The position numbers and the translations under genes were made by a program. From the NCBI GenBank assembly GCA_036436775.1, contig GCA_036436775.1_3676.1: a stretch of 64,000 nt of DNA. The stretch is one strand, 5' to 3'. Shown piece after piece: positions 53,726-63,219 of the stretch. The notes beneath the pieces were generated by a model. It did no database searches, was not told where the DNA came from, and worked only from the letters and a program-made list of their open reading frames with translations. The stretch's first letter is position 1; each line of letters starts with the position of its first letter. This DNA comes from a phage.

Positions 53726-55708
53726 TTATTTGGTGTTATTCTTTGCGTCGATCAGTTCACGGTATTCAATCATAGCAGGAGTGTCCCAATATTTCAAGCC
53801 TGCATGCTTCAAAAGTGGATATTTCTTTTCCAATCTTGCAATATAGGCCTTCCCGCACTTGACTCGGTTGGCGATTAAGATTTTGGCACGATGATTTAGC
53901 TCACTGTGCTTCCACGTGGTGTTACCTTCCCACTTGTGGAAATGTGGCCGATAATTTCCAAAATCTTGCATGGGAATAATTTTCCCTAATTGTCTATACA
54001 GGCTGTCATAAGAAGTCTCATTTGCTGCACGGGTCAGTAAGAATTTCCAAGCATCCTCTTTCAACAGGTGCTCCACATTCTTCTCTGTAACATACTGGCA
54101 ATCAGGATCAGTCCAAAGCAGACGAGATTCAGATACCAGATACAGATCTTCACCTTCAGGAATCTGAAGTGCCGCACGCACACGGTCATAATCTTGCTGG
54201 TAGATGTTACTCATCTGCCCCAGCCAACAACTTCCACGTTGGATATCACCCTCATAAGGGATGCAGTGTTTAATCTTCCGGAACTCTGCCTTAGTAATAC
54301 GCTCACGGCGGAAGTAACCATCCTTTTCAAGTTTTTTAACCCAATAACCTGGCTCATAACGAGTTTTTGTTTCACCTTTCTTGACAGGTCGGCGAGGGAG
54401 CTCTGATAACAATTTGACCGTATCTGCAAAGAACGGGTGGTGTGCCGCTTCTTTAAACTCTTCCACCAGATCCGTGTTCCGGCAATAGAAAACGTTGCGT
54501 CCGGTGATCTCGCTTAAATAGTTGCACTTATTTCGGTTATATTTGCCGTCTCCGTCGTTAAATACTAAATAGACTCCCCGTAAGAACTCTGACTTTCCGT
54601 AACGAGCATAGCCTATGCGGCCCTTATTTAAGCCGCCAGCGAAAATTTCACAATCGCCTAAGTCACCAAGCCCTGTTTCTTCCCAACGGTTCCACATAAA
54701 GTTTTTGCCGAAGATGTGTCCGAACACACCACTATTCTTCATCATTTCACGTGCTTCTGCGGAGGTTTTTGCCGTCTCCAGTTCTGCAACAACTTCTGCC
54801 CCGCGAAGACGTATACCTTCTTTGACAAAGGCCTCCAGGCGATCCTGGAATCCACCGTCGTCATGGCCCTCTATGGTCCATTCGCGCCCAGGGTTAATAT
54901 TGCAATCCCCGATAGGGATCTCTACACAGATTGCAGGGTAGTCTGTCAATGTTTCCAGAAACTTAGAGCGGTAAGGTTGGTGTCCCATCACCACACGGCT
55001 CTCATCAGAGCTGGTATAACCTTTCAGGATAGTCATTTTCCAACCATCTTTCTCGTAGCGATACTGCGCCTCAACCTTGTCACCTTCCAGCATCTTACTG
55101 GTCATAGGGTCGGTAACGGTAAACGGAAACTTTGCATAGCGTAGGCATGACGCAATAGCAGTGCGATATTTCAGAACATGCTCTTTCTTAACATGGAACT
55201 GAACTTTTACCCCGTTGTGCTCTTCAGTCTTCCGCTCGCGGATCTTGGTAACGTTTGGGATACCCTGATCCAAGAACAACAGATATGTGCTTTCAACACC
55301 GTTGTGCACACTGATCACATCGAAAGTGTCCACCATGCTGAACGGGGCCTTTGAACCTACACCTTTATTACCTACCAGAGCGTTGCTGTTGCGCTTGGTT
55401 GACTCCCCGAGGTTCATGAAAGTGTTGCGGACCATCTCTTCTGACATGCCCAATCCAACATCCTGCACAAAGAAGTATGGTTCAAGGTCTGTAGGAGAGT
55501 GAATGATGATCGGTACATCACCCCGTCCAGACTCAACATGGGAGTCCACAGCATTGAAGATTGGTTCACGGCAGCTTGCCAGCACCTTATCTTCGTAAAT
55601 CCCTTTAATGATTAGCCCAAAAGTCTCTTTGTTCAGAGAAATTGAGCCCCTGGTGACCTCCATATTTCCGGTCAGTACTGCTTTAGTTTCATTACTGTTT
55701 ACAATCAT
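53726..55708 (-). CDS. rIIA-like protein with N-terminal GHKL (Bergerat-fold) ATPase domain
   Basis: 660-aa ORF; N-box EPIFNAVDSH, G1 box VQDVGLGMS, G2 box GNKGVGSKAPF. Confidence 0.55.
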   Translation of the reverse strand: MIVNSNETKAVLTGNMEVTRGSISLNKETFGLIIKGIYEDKVLASCREPIFNAVDSHVESGRGDVPIIIHSPTDLEPYFFVQDVGLGMSEEMVRNTFMNLGESTKRNSNALVGNKGVGSKAPFSMVDTFDVISVHNGVESTYLLFLDQGIPNVTKIRERKTEEHNGVKVQFHVKKEHVLKYRTAIASCLRYAKFPFTVTDPMTSKMLEGDKVEAQYRYEKDGWKMTILKGYTSSDESRVVMGHQPYRSKFLETLTDYPAICVEIPIGDCNINPGREWTIEGHDDGGFQDRLEAFVKEGIRLRGAEVVAELETAKTSAEAREMMKNSGVFGHIFGKNFMWNRWEETGLGDLGDCEIFAGGLNKGRIGYARYGKSEFLRGVYLVFNDGDGKYNRNKCNYLSEITGRNVFYCRNTDLVEEFKEAAHHPFFADTVKLLSELPRRPVKKGETKTRYEPGYWVKKLEKDGYFRRERITKAEFRKIKHCIPYEGDIQRGSCWLGQMSNIYQQDYDRVRAALQIPEGEDLYLVSESRLLWTDPDCQYVTEKNVEHLLKEDAWKFLLTRAANETSYDSLYRQLGKIIPMQDFGNYRPHFHKWEGNTTWKHSELNHRAKILIANRVKCGKAYIARLEKKYPLLKHAGLKYWDTPAMIEYRELIDAKNNTK

Positions 55709-56205
55709 TTATTGCGCTCCTTGTAGTAGATATGGCTCCCGAATTGAGCTGTCCTCTGCATCTTTTTTGCCCATTTCGGTCGTACTTTGGTTGTATGGTA
55801 GTGTGTTGCTCCACATGTTATATCCATAGCCATGTATGCAACATGGTTGTTATTATAGACCTTTAGAAGCATCTTTGCAAGACTTTTAGCGTGATCCCAT
55901 GAATCTTTTTCTGTCACCTTAAAAGTTTTGCCGTAGTTTGTCCACGAAAACTGATTAGGTTGGTAGACAATCTTTCTTATAGTGTCTGGGTATTTGGGAT
56001 GAGATTTCCTGTTTAGGGTGGCAAACCCAGATGCCAGCATACCCATCGTGCCATCCCCTCTAGCTTCCCTGTAGATATTGCATGCTAGAATGTTTTCCTT
56101 AGTATCTGATGGCTTGCAAGTATGGTATACTTTTTGTTTTGGTGCTGCAACAACAGGCAGCGATAAAAATGCGCTCAAAATAATAGCAAAGATCTTAATT
56201 TTCAC
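55705..56205 (-). CDS. Secreted cell-wall hydrolase (SleB/CwlJ-like) with signal peptide
   Basis: 166-aa ORF; N-terminal signal peptide MKIKIFAIILSAFLSLPVVAAP; motif IYREARGDG...ATLNR...YPDTIRKIVYQPNQFSW. Confidence 0.6.
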   Translation of the reverse strand: MKIKIFAIILSAFLSLPVVAAPKQKVYHTCKPSDTKENILACNIYREARGDGTMGMLASGFATLNRKSHPKYPDTIRKIVYQPNQFSWTNYGKTFKVTEKDSWDHAKSLAKMLLKVYNNNHVAYMAMDITCGATHYHTTKVRPKWAKKMQRTAQFGSHIYYKERNK

Positions 56206-56253
56206 AATAACTCCAAATAGAAAATCCCCGCCGAAGCGGGGTGGTCTTAGAAA

Positions 56254-56634
56254 TTAATCGTAGTGTGCCAAAATCTCTCCGTCGTTGCAAGTTCCCTCTA
56301 CAAAGTTATGAAGATTCATGCACTCATCTTGATAGAAGAATTTACCGCTTTTCAGCCGTAAGCCAAACAACTCCGCATCTCCACGATGGCAAGCCTCTAC
56401 AAGTTCATAGATTTCATACGGCAACTCTCCGTCGTCATGGAAGAACCCAGCCTTATCGTTGACATAGATGAAGAAATAATCACTGCTATCGCAAGCGTCC
56501 AATATTTTAAACCAGATTTCATCTACATCTTTTTCTCGGATATCGATCACGCAAGTGGAGCTGCATTCGTACTCCTTCTCCGGCTCCTCGGTCAATACCA
56601 CCAGGTAGTTTCCCCGCTTACCTACTTTAGCCAT
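56254..56634 (-). CDS. Hypothetical Cys-rich acidic protein
   Basis: 126-aa ORF with GGAGG RBS. Confidence 0.6.
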   Translation of the reverse strand: MAKVGKRGNYLVVLTEEPEKEYECSSTCVIDIREKDVDEIWFKILDACDSSDYFFIYVNDKAGFFHDDGELPYEIYELVEACHRGDAELFGLRLKSGKFFYQDECMNLHNFVEGTCNDGEILAHYD

Positions 56635-56643
56635 ACAACCTCC

Positions 56644-57828
56644 TTAAGCTTTAGCCAAAATGGCGCTAAACTCTTCACCAAACTCTTTTACAATCTTCAT
56701 CAGGTTTGGGTATGCTTTGATCAGCTGAGCAACAATCTTGTCACGACCTTTACCGATAAGCAAGGCATTTCCTAAGGCATTAGGTTTCATCATCGCCATA
56801 AAGACTGAGAATACAAAATCTCGGTTCTCGTCCTTGAAGTTTTCCCAAAGGAAATCGAGGAAGTTTGCCACGCAGCTGACAAGATCTTCGTCTGAGATAC
56901 TTGCATTTTCCATCATATTACGAATAGCGATACAACCTTCAGATCCAAGAATCCACAAGATGTCTGGCTGTTTAGGACCTACGTATTCTTTGCAACCTCC
57001 TGCCATAATCCGACCGATTTCCGGTAAGTTGCGTTTCTTGGTGTGGTAAGTCCAGATCTCTACCGCTGCAGTGTGACCAATAGCGCCTTGCAGAAGAACA
57101 CGGGCCATAGCGTCAGAAATAATACCACTGTCAAAATCGTGCAAAATATCAGATGCAGCAACCCAAGATCGCGGTGTGGCAAAAGATGGACAATTAATCT
57201 CAGCCATGGCCTCATAATTATCGATAGCTGATGGAACTCTTTTCAGATATCCAATTACAGAGGAGTGCACCCCATTAAGGAATGCGTAGTCCTCAATAAA
57301 CACCTCTGCATTGCTTGTAACTTCTACAATGATAAAACGGTTAGCCAGAGGGGCTTCGAGCGCCGAAAGAACCGCACCATCTGTAGAACGGTTACCAGCA
57401 GCCACAAAAACAGAGCCTTTAGGGAATGCATAGGTGCCGCACTTGTGGTCGAGCATAATTTGCATTGCAACCTTTTGCAGGTAGTTATCTGCATGAGTGA
57501 GCTCATCAAGAAAGATAATTCCGCTCCAGTCAGGATCCGCAGGCCAAAATTCTGGAATTGCAAACACTGTACGTGTAGTTCCATCCGCTTCTACAGGGAT
57601 AGGTAGCCCAGATAAGTCGGCAGGATCTTTATCTGACAGCCGCACGTCAACTAGGTTGTCATCTCGCTCACCGAACATATTGTCGGCGATCTGCTTCATC
57701 ACCTGGCTCTTTCCCACGCCCATTGGTCCTAAAATCAGGACAGATCGGTTATGACGCTGGGCAAACTGAATGATAGCTGGCAACTCACGGACAGTGATTT
57801 GACCACTTTCAAATACGTTTCTTGACAT
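56644..57828 (-). CDS. MoxR-type AAA+ ATPase
   Basis: 394-aa ORF; Walker A LILGPMGVGKSQ, Walker B IIFLDELTHAD. Confidence 0.7.
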   Translation of the reverse strand: MSRNVFESGQITVRELPAIIQFAQRHNRSVLILGPMGVGKSQVMKQIADNMFGERDDNLVDVRLSDKDPADLSGLPIPVEADGTTRTVFAIPEFWPADPDWSGIIFLDELTHADNYLQKVAMQIMLDHKCGTYAFPKGSVFVAAGNRSTDGAVLSALEAPLANRFIIVEVTSNAEVFIEDYAFLNGVHSSVIGYLKRVPSAIDNYEAMAEINCPSFATPRSWVAASDILHDFDSGIISDAMARVLLQGAIGHTAAVEIWTYHTKKRNLPEIGRIMAGGCKEYVGPKQPDILWILGSEGCIAIRNMMENASISDEDLVSCVANFLDFLWENFKDENRDFVFSVFMAMMKPNALGNALLIGKGRDKIVAQLIKAYPNLMKIVKEFGEEFSAILAKA

Positions 57829-58097
57829 TAGTAAAAGTCCTCTACTTGTGTGTAAGTGTTTTCAAAGTTTTCCAAAACAGATATCACATCGGATATGTCA
57901 ATATCATACGTGACTCTCCAGTTGTACGCAACCCTTTCTGCTGTTGCCTCTTCTGGCGCTAGTCGTCTGCTGGCATAAAAGAGTGTTGGAGTACACTTTC
58001 TTGCTTGCCCTCTAACTTTCCCATAATAATATCTGTGAATATCTTTGTCAAAATTTAACTCTTTTTCTGCACGAAGTTCATATTGCTGGTATAACAT
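57828..58097 (-). CDS. Hypothetical protein
   Basis: 89-aa ORF, TAATG overlap, GGAGTAGTAGAG RBS. Confidence 0.55.
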   Translation of the reverse strand: MLYQQYELRAEKELNFDKDIHRYYYGKVRGQARKCTPTLFYASRRLAPEEATAERVAYNWRVTYDIDISDVISVLENFENTYTQVEDFY

Positions 58098-58141
58098 CTC
58101 TACTACTCCTTAAGCAGCATCCTTGCCGCCATTCCTGCCCA

Positions 58142-58522
58142 CTAAAATGCAGTCCGAATCCAGACAAGGTTCTTATCTGCCCAATCATAGAGGCAAGTCA
58201 TTGCACTATTGAATTGCTCACACGGAGGATAATCTTCTTCCATCTGGCGCATAGCAGAGCCTTGTGGGTAAAGCTCCCGTGCTGCAAACCACGCGTCGTA
58301 GTCATCAACGGTGTCGAAGTAGTATACAACATCCTCCAACTCAGGATCGAACTTTGAACTATCAGGATCCAGTTGTTCAGGGAACTTGGAGCGTAACTTA
58401 CCAGCCACAATACTTGCCAACTCGCTAACATGCTTATTGTCCCACTCCACTAGCTTCCCGTCTTCAGTGATGCGTCCTAACCACTGATCATGAAGGTCAA
58501 CTGTTGTCTTCCACTGAGCCAT
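58142..58522 (-). CDS. Hypothetical protein
   Basis: 126-aa ORF with GAGGTGGACTGATA RBS. Confidence 0.6.
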   Translation of the reverse strand: MAQWKTTVDLHDQWLGRITEDGKLVEWDNKHVSELASIVAGKLRSKFPEQLDPDSSKFDPELEDVVYYFDTVDDYDAWFAARELYPQGSAMRQMEEDYPPCEQFNSAMTCLYDWADKNLVWIRTAF

Positions 58523-58524
58523 TA

Positions 58525-58782
58525 TCAGTCCACCTCTTCTTCTCGTTGTAGTTCAAGGTACCCGTAGGTCTGGACATCTTGAAGGGTGTGGAACTCCCCA
58601 TCTGCCGCTAAGGCACGAACAACTTGGCACAAAACCTTATGAGGAACTTCATCCAGACCCAGATTCAGTGCAGGGAACACCTTATCTAAGTCAACAAAAT
58701 AAACGAACTGTAGCTCACCAGCTTCAAAAGGTGTATCTTCAATAAACATCTTCTCGGCATTAGTCAAGATCTGCACTTTCAT
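58525..58782 (-). CDS. Hypothetical protein
   Basis: 85-aa ORF with GAGGAGGTAGA RBS. Confidence 0.6.
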   Translation of the reverse strand: MKVQILTNAEKMFIEDTPFEAGELQFVYFVDLDKVFPALNLGLDEVPHKVLCQVVRALAADGEFHTLQDVQTYGYLELQREEEVD

Positions 58783-59138
58783 TATTCTACCTCCTCTTCT
58801 TTTTCTTCGGCATTAGTTTCATGGCTACCCCACTCTGGAGTTTCCACCTCGATAGTAAACTCACGCACTACACGGTAATTGCCCATGAAGCGCTCCACTT
58901 CGTCAAGGCTTACGGAGAAGCCATTGGCAACCAGGTCTGCAGCACCCTCTTCTACCAGGTAGTCCAGATTGGCTTCCAAAGCTTCAGGCTCAAACCCTGT
59001 TAATGCAATCAGATAACCTTCCCCTTCATCAGGGAGGACAATACATCCCAACTGATTTTCTTTGAAAAGGCAGTGACCATCATTGTTGATTGGGTGTTCA
59101 TTGCAGTAAATAGCTGCACGATAAGTAACTTTAGACAT
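58782..59138 (-). CDS. Hypothetical acidic protein beginning MSKVTYRA
   Basis: Start set at ATG with AAGGAGACC RBS; first 8 codons lie in a 27-bp inverted repeat shared with the + strand gene at 60979. Confidence 0.55.
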   Translation of the reverse strand: MSKVTYRAAIYCNEHPINNDGHCLFKENQLGCIVLPDEGEGYLIALTGFEPEALEANLDYLVEEGAADLVANGFSVSLDEVERFMGNYRVVREFTIEVETPEWGSHETNAEEKEEEVE

Positions 59139-59141
59139 CGG
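59115..59141 (-). repeat. 27-bp perfect inverted repeat, copy A (CCGATGTCTAAAGTTACTTATCGTGCA on - strand)
   Basis: Reverse complement of + 59115-59141 is identical to + 60979-61005; covers a start codon and first 8 codons. Confidence 0.9.
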
Positions 59142-59151
59142 CAAGGTCTCC

Positions 59152-59430
59152 TTAGGCAATTGTCATTTTACATTCTTGAAATTTTAGCACAAGACGGTGA
59201 TTGTGTCTAGTGTCTAAAAAGGTTTTTTCAACCATCAGGCACACGGTATAACCGTCCATCTTGTTGACAACAAAATCTCCAGGGTGAGGGAGGATGTCCC
59301 CCGGATTGGGGAAACATAGTCCACTCAGAAAGGCATCGTCAGTGGTGGACTTAATAGATTTCCACACATTGTCTGCCTGAACATGTTCACCGACGTAATA
59401 TACATTACCACATGCCTTCATCATAGTCAA
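59152..59430 (-). CDS. Hypothetical protein
   Basis: 92-aa ORF, ATGA overlap with upstream gene. Confidence 0.55.
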   Translation of the reverse strand: MTMMKACGNVYYVGEHVQADNVWKSIKSTTDDAFLSGLCFPNPGDILPHPGDFVVNKMDGYTVCLMVEKTFLDTRHNHRLVLKFQECKMTIA

Positions 59431-60326
59431 ACCCTCGCATAAATTAAACTTGTATCAGTATACTTCTTTAATGGACAGATATCCGGCCCGTAGATGTAGT
59501 CATTGAACACCTCATCTATCCAAAGACTGCTCTTATACCCCATCATCTCCAAGACATCCATCTCTTCTTTAGTGAATTTATCACCGCTCTTGCAAGATGT
59601 CAATACCTCATTCTGTACTCTTGCTACCTCGAAGCGGTTATTGGCAATATCACTATTGGCGATCAAATACTCACCCAAAGGGTGTGCAGCATCAAAGATG
59701 CACAAAGGTCGGTTGACGTAATAGTCCCCGGGTGTGTAGAAATTATTCAGGTCCTTCACCAGAACATTCTTATCCGTCACCTCATTTATAACATCATGCA
59801 TACCGCACATCTTTATATGCTTGAGGATTCCATCTCCCATCACAAAATAAAAACTTGCTGAGATACCCTCGACATAGATCTTACTAGATCCGTTGTAGTT
59901 GTATTTTACGCGAATACTCACGGGGGTTTTTCCTGTCGCGTTAGCCATCATCCAAAGAAATGGCAGCTCATACTTCTCCTCTGAGGAAACAAAAGGTGAA
60001 GTTGCCAGAGATCGAAAACCTCCAGAGAAGTTGAAAGTTACAGAACCGCTCCGGCGGTATGATACTGCGTATTCTACTTTTATATCAACATATCCGTTGG
60101 AGTAAGTATGCCCTCCATTATCAAGGTATGTCCACTTATCAGACCCGGATACCAATCTACGCTCAATAACCTTCATCACTACAGGAATTAGCGGGTTGGT
60201 ACAAACCGCTTTTGAAGTAGCTTTAGCATCTAAAGCCTCGTAAATTGCAGAAAGGATGTCCCCAGCTGAAAGATTTGTTGTTATGTCCTGTTTCCACCGC
60301 GTACTAAAACTGTTAAGATTTGCCAT
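59427..60326 (-). CDS. Hypothetical protein (299 aa)
   Basis: ORF with AGGAGCACCCCC RBS; first gene of the - strand block, divergent from promoter at 60409. Confidence 0.6.
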   Translation of the reverse strand: MANLNSFSTRWKQDITTNLSAGDILSAIYEALDAKATSKAVCTNPLIPVVMKVIERRLVSGSDKWTYLDNGGHTYSNGYVDIKVEYAVSYRRSGSVTFNFSGGFRSLATSPFVSSEEKYELPFLWMMANATGKTPVSIRVKYNYNGSSKIYVEGISASFYFVMGDGILKHIKMCGMHDVINEVTDKNVLVKDLNNFYTPGDYYVNRPLCIFDAAHPLGEYLIANSDIANNRFEVARVQNEVLTSCKSGDKFTKEEMDVLEMMGYKSSLWIDEVFNDYIYGPDICPLKKYTDTSLIYARV

Positions 60327-60408
60327 GAGGGGGTGCTCCTATGTTAGTTTTATTTCTAATGGGTGCACTATATCGGAGATTCAGAGTAAAGTCAACACGT
60401 TTTTGATG

Positions 60409-60437
60409 TTGACATCTATTGAAACAATTGATACGAT
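60409..60437 (+). promoter_or_regulatory. Sigma70-like promoter TTGACA-N17-TACGAT
   Basis: Hexamers read directly; 30 nt upstream of ATG 60469. Confidence 0.55.
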
Positions 60438-60468
60438 TTCTTCACTTACAGAGCACGAGAGACAACTC

Positions 60469-61446
60469 ATGAATCTTGAAAAATATTATACACCAGAAGA
60501 GTTAGAGCGCCTGCTCAAAAAATATAGACGCAAACAGAATAATGCACGGAAACGAGATATAGAGTTCGACCTGTCATGGGAAGAATACCTCCTATTTGGT
60601 AAAAAACTTTTAGGAGATGGAGTATGCGACTATACCCTTATACCTTTTGACATGCACACAGATGAAAACGGGCTGGGAAATCCTTTCTACCCATCTCTGG
60701 AGCGGATAGATGATGAAGGTCCTTATGCGGTTGATAACTGTTGTGTGGTGGGATTGAGATGCAACTCTCTAAAGGACTGTCTGGTAGATAAAAAGACTGC
60801 AGTCTCGATTAAAGACGAAACTGATCGAAAAATTGTCCAGCAGATGATGCTCCACCTGAGCGAAGAGCGTATGGAGAAATTGAAAGGTGATTATACTTTT
60901 GAAGATTTCATCTTGCAATATGGAACGGAAGAGGATAAACTAGCACTCTTTGACGAAGAAGAGGAGGAAGATATGCTACCGATGTCTAAAGTTACTTATC
61001 GTGCACCCAAGAAGCACATTTCCGACATTGTAAACGAGCCTATCACAGAAGAGATTGAAGAAATGACGCAACAGGTGCATGAAGAGGAAAAAGAGACTCA
61101 GTGGGTCGAAGAGGAGCTTACAGAAGAGGTTCCTGCACTACCTGATGATGTTGAGATTGCCAAAGCTTACACTTTCTATTGTCAAGCGTTCTACGATGTA
61201 GGTATGAAAGTTGATCTGTCGTTCAGCCAATTTAAGAGTTCGTATATTCGCAAATGCTGTGCTTTAACTGGTGAACGTCTTGGAGCTGGACTTAAACCCC
61301 TGTTGGTGACCGACTGGAATAAAGGTTTCACTAAAGGAAACTTTATGGTAGTATCTCCAATTATGGAGAAAGCTATGACAGATCTCATGAAGACCACCCG
61401 CATGACAATGACCGAGTTGGCAGGTATTTTCAAACACGTTAAATAA
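60469..61446 (+). CDS. Hypothetical protein, possibly two in-frame cistrons (second start near 60975-60987)
   Basis: Continuous ORF from ATG 60469; internal strong GAGGAGG RBS + ATG at 60975 followed by MSKVTYRA inside the 27-bp repeat. Confidence 0.55.
   Translation: MNLEKYYTPEELERLLKKYRRKQNNARKRDIEFDLSWEEYLLFGKKLLGDGVCDYTLIPFDMHTDENGLGNPFYPSLERIDDEGPYAVDNCCVVGLRCNSLKDCLVDKKTAVSIKDETDRKIVQQMMLHLSEERMEKLKGDYTFEDFILQYGTEEDKLALFDEEEEEDMLPMSKVTYRAPKKHISDIVNEPITEEIEEMTQQVHEEEKETQWVEEELTEEVPALPDDVEIAKAYTFYCQAFYDVGMKVDLSFSQFKSSYIRKCCALTGERLGAGLKPLLVTDWNKGFTKGNFMVVSPIMEKAMTDLMKTTRMTMTELAGIFKHVK
60979..61005 (+). repeat. 27-bp perfect inverted repeat, copy B
   Basis: Identical to the reverse complement of 59115-59141. 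Confidence 0.9.
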
Positions 61447-61479
61447 TGACAGGGGCCAATGGCCCCTTCTGGAGTTTTA

Positions 61480-62940
61480 ATGGATAGCAGAAGTTCAGAA
61501 ATCATTGCCTCACAGAAAGATGATGCCTTGAGAATGTTGCAGGCTGCACGTATGTATCTCCTTGAAAAGCTGCCGTTTTATGGCACACTACTGTCAGGGT
61601 TGCAGTTCGTAGAAAACCACACATGGTGCTCCACCATGGCAACCGACCATAAACGCATCTATTACAGTCCTGAGTTCATTATGGGATTGGCTGATGAACG
61701 CAAGGCTATTCTTAAGGCTTCTCTGACTGACGAGCAGTTTGAGATGGCTGAAGTTTTCTATTCCCCAAAATCTGTGAAAGAGGTGGCCTTCCTTCTGTCA
61801 CATGAGGTGGGGCATATTATCTGTGATCACCTAGTCCGTGGTAAAAGCTTTGAGCCGGAACTGTTCAATATTGCTTGTGATCACGTTATCAACACAGGTC
61901 TTGTGGTTGACTTTAGCAAGCCTCCTTGTGTTTTCTTCCCGAAGGGGAAAAGCACTACGTTCGTGAAAGGTAAACCTTTTGGCTTCTTAGCCAGCTGCTA
62001 CTGCGATATGAAGTTTCATGGATGGATTGCTGAGAACGTTTATGCAGTTCTTGATAAGCAAAGAGATCAGAATAACGGTAAAAGTAAGAACGGTAAAGGT
62101 GAGAACTCTCAAGGGGATAAGCGACAAACAGATGATCACATGAGTGGGAACGGTGGCACCAGTGATGATCTTGGAAAAGCTATGGGGTATGATCAGCCAC
62201 AACCTGTAATCAGCCAATCTGATAAAGATCAGGCCATGCAGGACTCTGGTGATATGCTGGAGGCAGCAATGCAAGCGTCCGGAGGCCGTTGCCCTGAGGC
62301 GGTGCGTGAGTTTGTCAAGAACAGAGGTAAGCCTGTAATCAACTATATAGACATCATTAAGCAACGCATGTTGTCTAAACGAAAGGCTGAACTGACCTAC
62401 AGAAAACCTGGTCGCCGATCTGGGTCTTTGACCAGCACAATGCGAAAAGTTGGGGCTATAAACAAGAACCAGCACGTTATTGTTCCTGGTCGTAATCCGG
62501 AAAACACTATAGATATTGTGGTGGCTTTAGACGTTTCTGGCTCGATCTCTCAAAGAACTTTAAAGAAAATGTTCAATGAAATCACCGGATTGTGCAATCT
62601 GTATAAAGAGTTTAAGGTTACAATGTTCTGTTGGTCAACTGAGGTTGGAGAGGTTAAAGTATACACTCGCGGCAACATAGACGAGATGATTAACTATGAG
62701 GTCCACTCAACATGGGGCACAACAGCTGCTTGCGTGTTCGAGTATCTGGATGCCAACATACCGAATGCAAAAGATGTCATCGTCCTGACCGACCTATACT
62801 TTGAGCATAACTTTGAACAAAAGGCTGTTGACAACAAGTGGAAAAAGTACGATACTTTATGGGTTCTCACTGAAGGGTATAATAAAAATTATATCCCGAG
62901 CTTTGGGAAAACTGTGGAATTAATCGAGTACGCTAAGTAA
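61480..62940 (+). CDS. HExxH metallopeptidase-like N-domain fused to vWA (MIDAS) domain protein
   Basis: N-terminal SHEVGHIICDH (HExxH) and C-terminal VVALDVSGSIS (DxSxS) vWA motif; start set at ATG 61480 (first ATG lies in a hairpin). Confidence 0.65.
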   Translation: MDSRSSEIIASQKDDALRMLQAARMYLLEKLPFYGTLLSGLQFVENHTWCSTMATDHKRIYYSPEFIMGLADERKAILKASLTDEQFEMAEVFYSPKSVKEVAFLLSHEVGHIICDHLVRGKSFEPELFNIACDHVINTGLVVDFSKPPCVFFPKGKSTTFVKGKPFGFLASCYCDMKFHGWIAENVYAVLDKQRDQNNGKSKNGKGENSQGDKRQTDDHMSGNGGTSDDLGKAMGYDQPQPVISQSDKDQAMQDSGDMLEAAMQASGGRCPEAVREFVKNRGKPVINYIDIIKQRMLSKRKAELTYRKPGRRSGSLTSTMRKVGAINKNQHVIVPGRNPENTIDIVVALDVSGSISQRTLKKMFNEITGLCNLYKEFKVTMFCWSTEVGEVKVYTRGNIDEMINYEVHSTWGTTAACVFEYLDANIPNAKDVIVLTDLYFEHNFEQKAVDNKWKKYDTLWVLTEGYNKNYIPSFGKTVELIEYAK

Positions 62941-62955
62941 GAGAGGAGGTTATTT

Positions 62956-63219
62956 ATGGCAACAGAGTTAAAATTTGCATCAAACCGTAAAACTAAGAAG
63001 TATCTGTCCTCAGTGGCTCCAGGCACTGTGGTGATGTTTATTGATGAACTTGGGGATGTGAATACAGCACTTGTTGTAAAATCACATCCTGCAAACATAT
63101 ATGTTGGGGTATTTGACCTGTTCAGAAAGGTGTTTGTAGAACTACCTCACAGTTTGGTTGTTACAGAAATGGATGCCTGCATAGAAATTCTTGGCGAAGT
63201 TATGGTGGAGGAACAATAA
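62956..63219 (+). CDS. Small protein, tandem paralog 1 of 4
   Basis: 87-aa ORF with AGAGGAGG RBS; pattern ...GTVV...V.E...ILGE shared with next three ORFs. Confidence 0.6.
   Translation: MATELKFASNRKTKKYLSSVAPGTVVMFIDELGDVNTALVVKSHPANIYVGVFDLFRKVFVELPHSLVVTEMDACIEILGEVMVEEQ

Noticed and set aside
59115-61005. 27-bp inverted repeats as a Gin/Hin-type invertase system
   Set aside because: No serine or tyrosine recombinase gene is recognisable in the window and the repeat is not an internally palindromic crossover site; kept only as one hypothesis in findings
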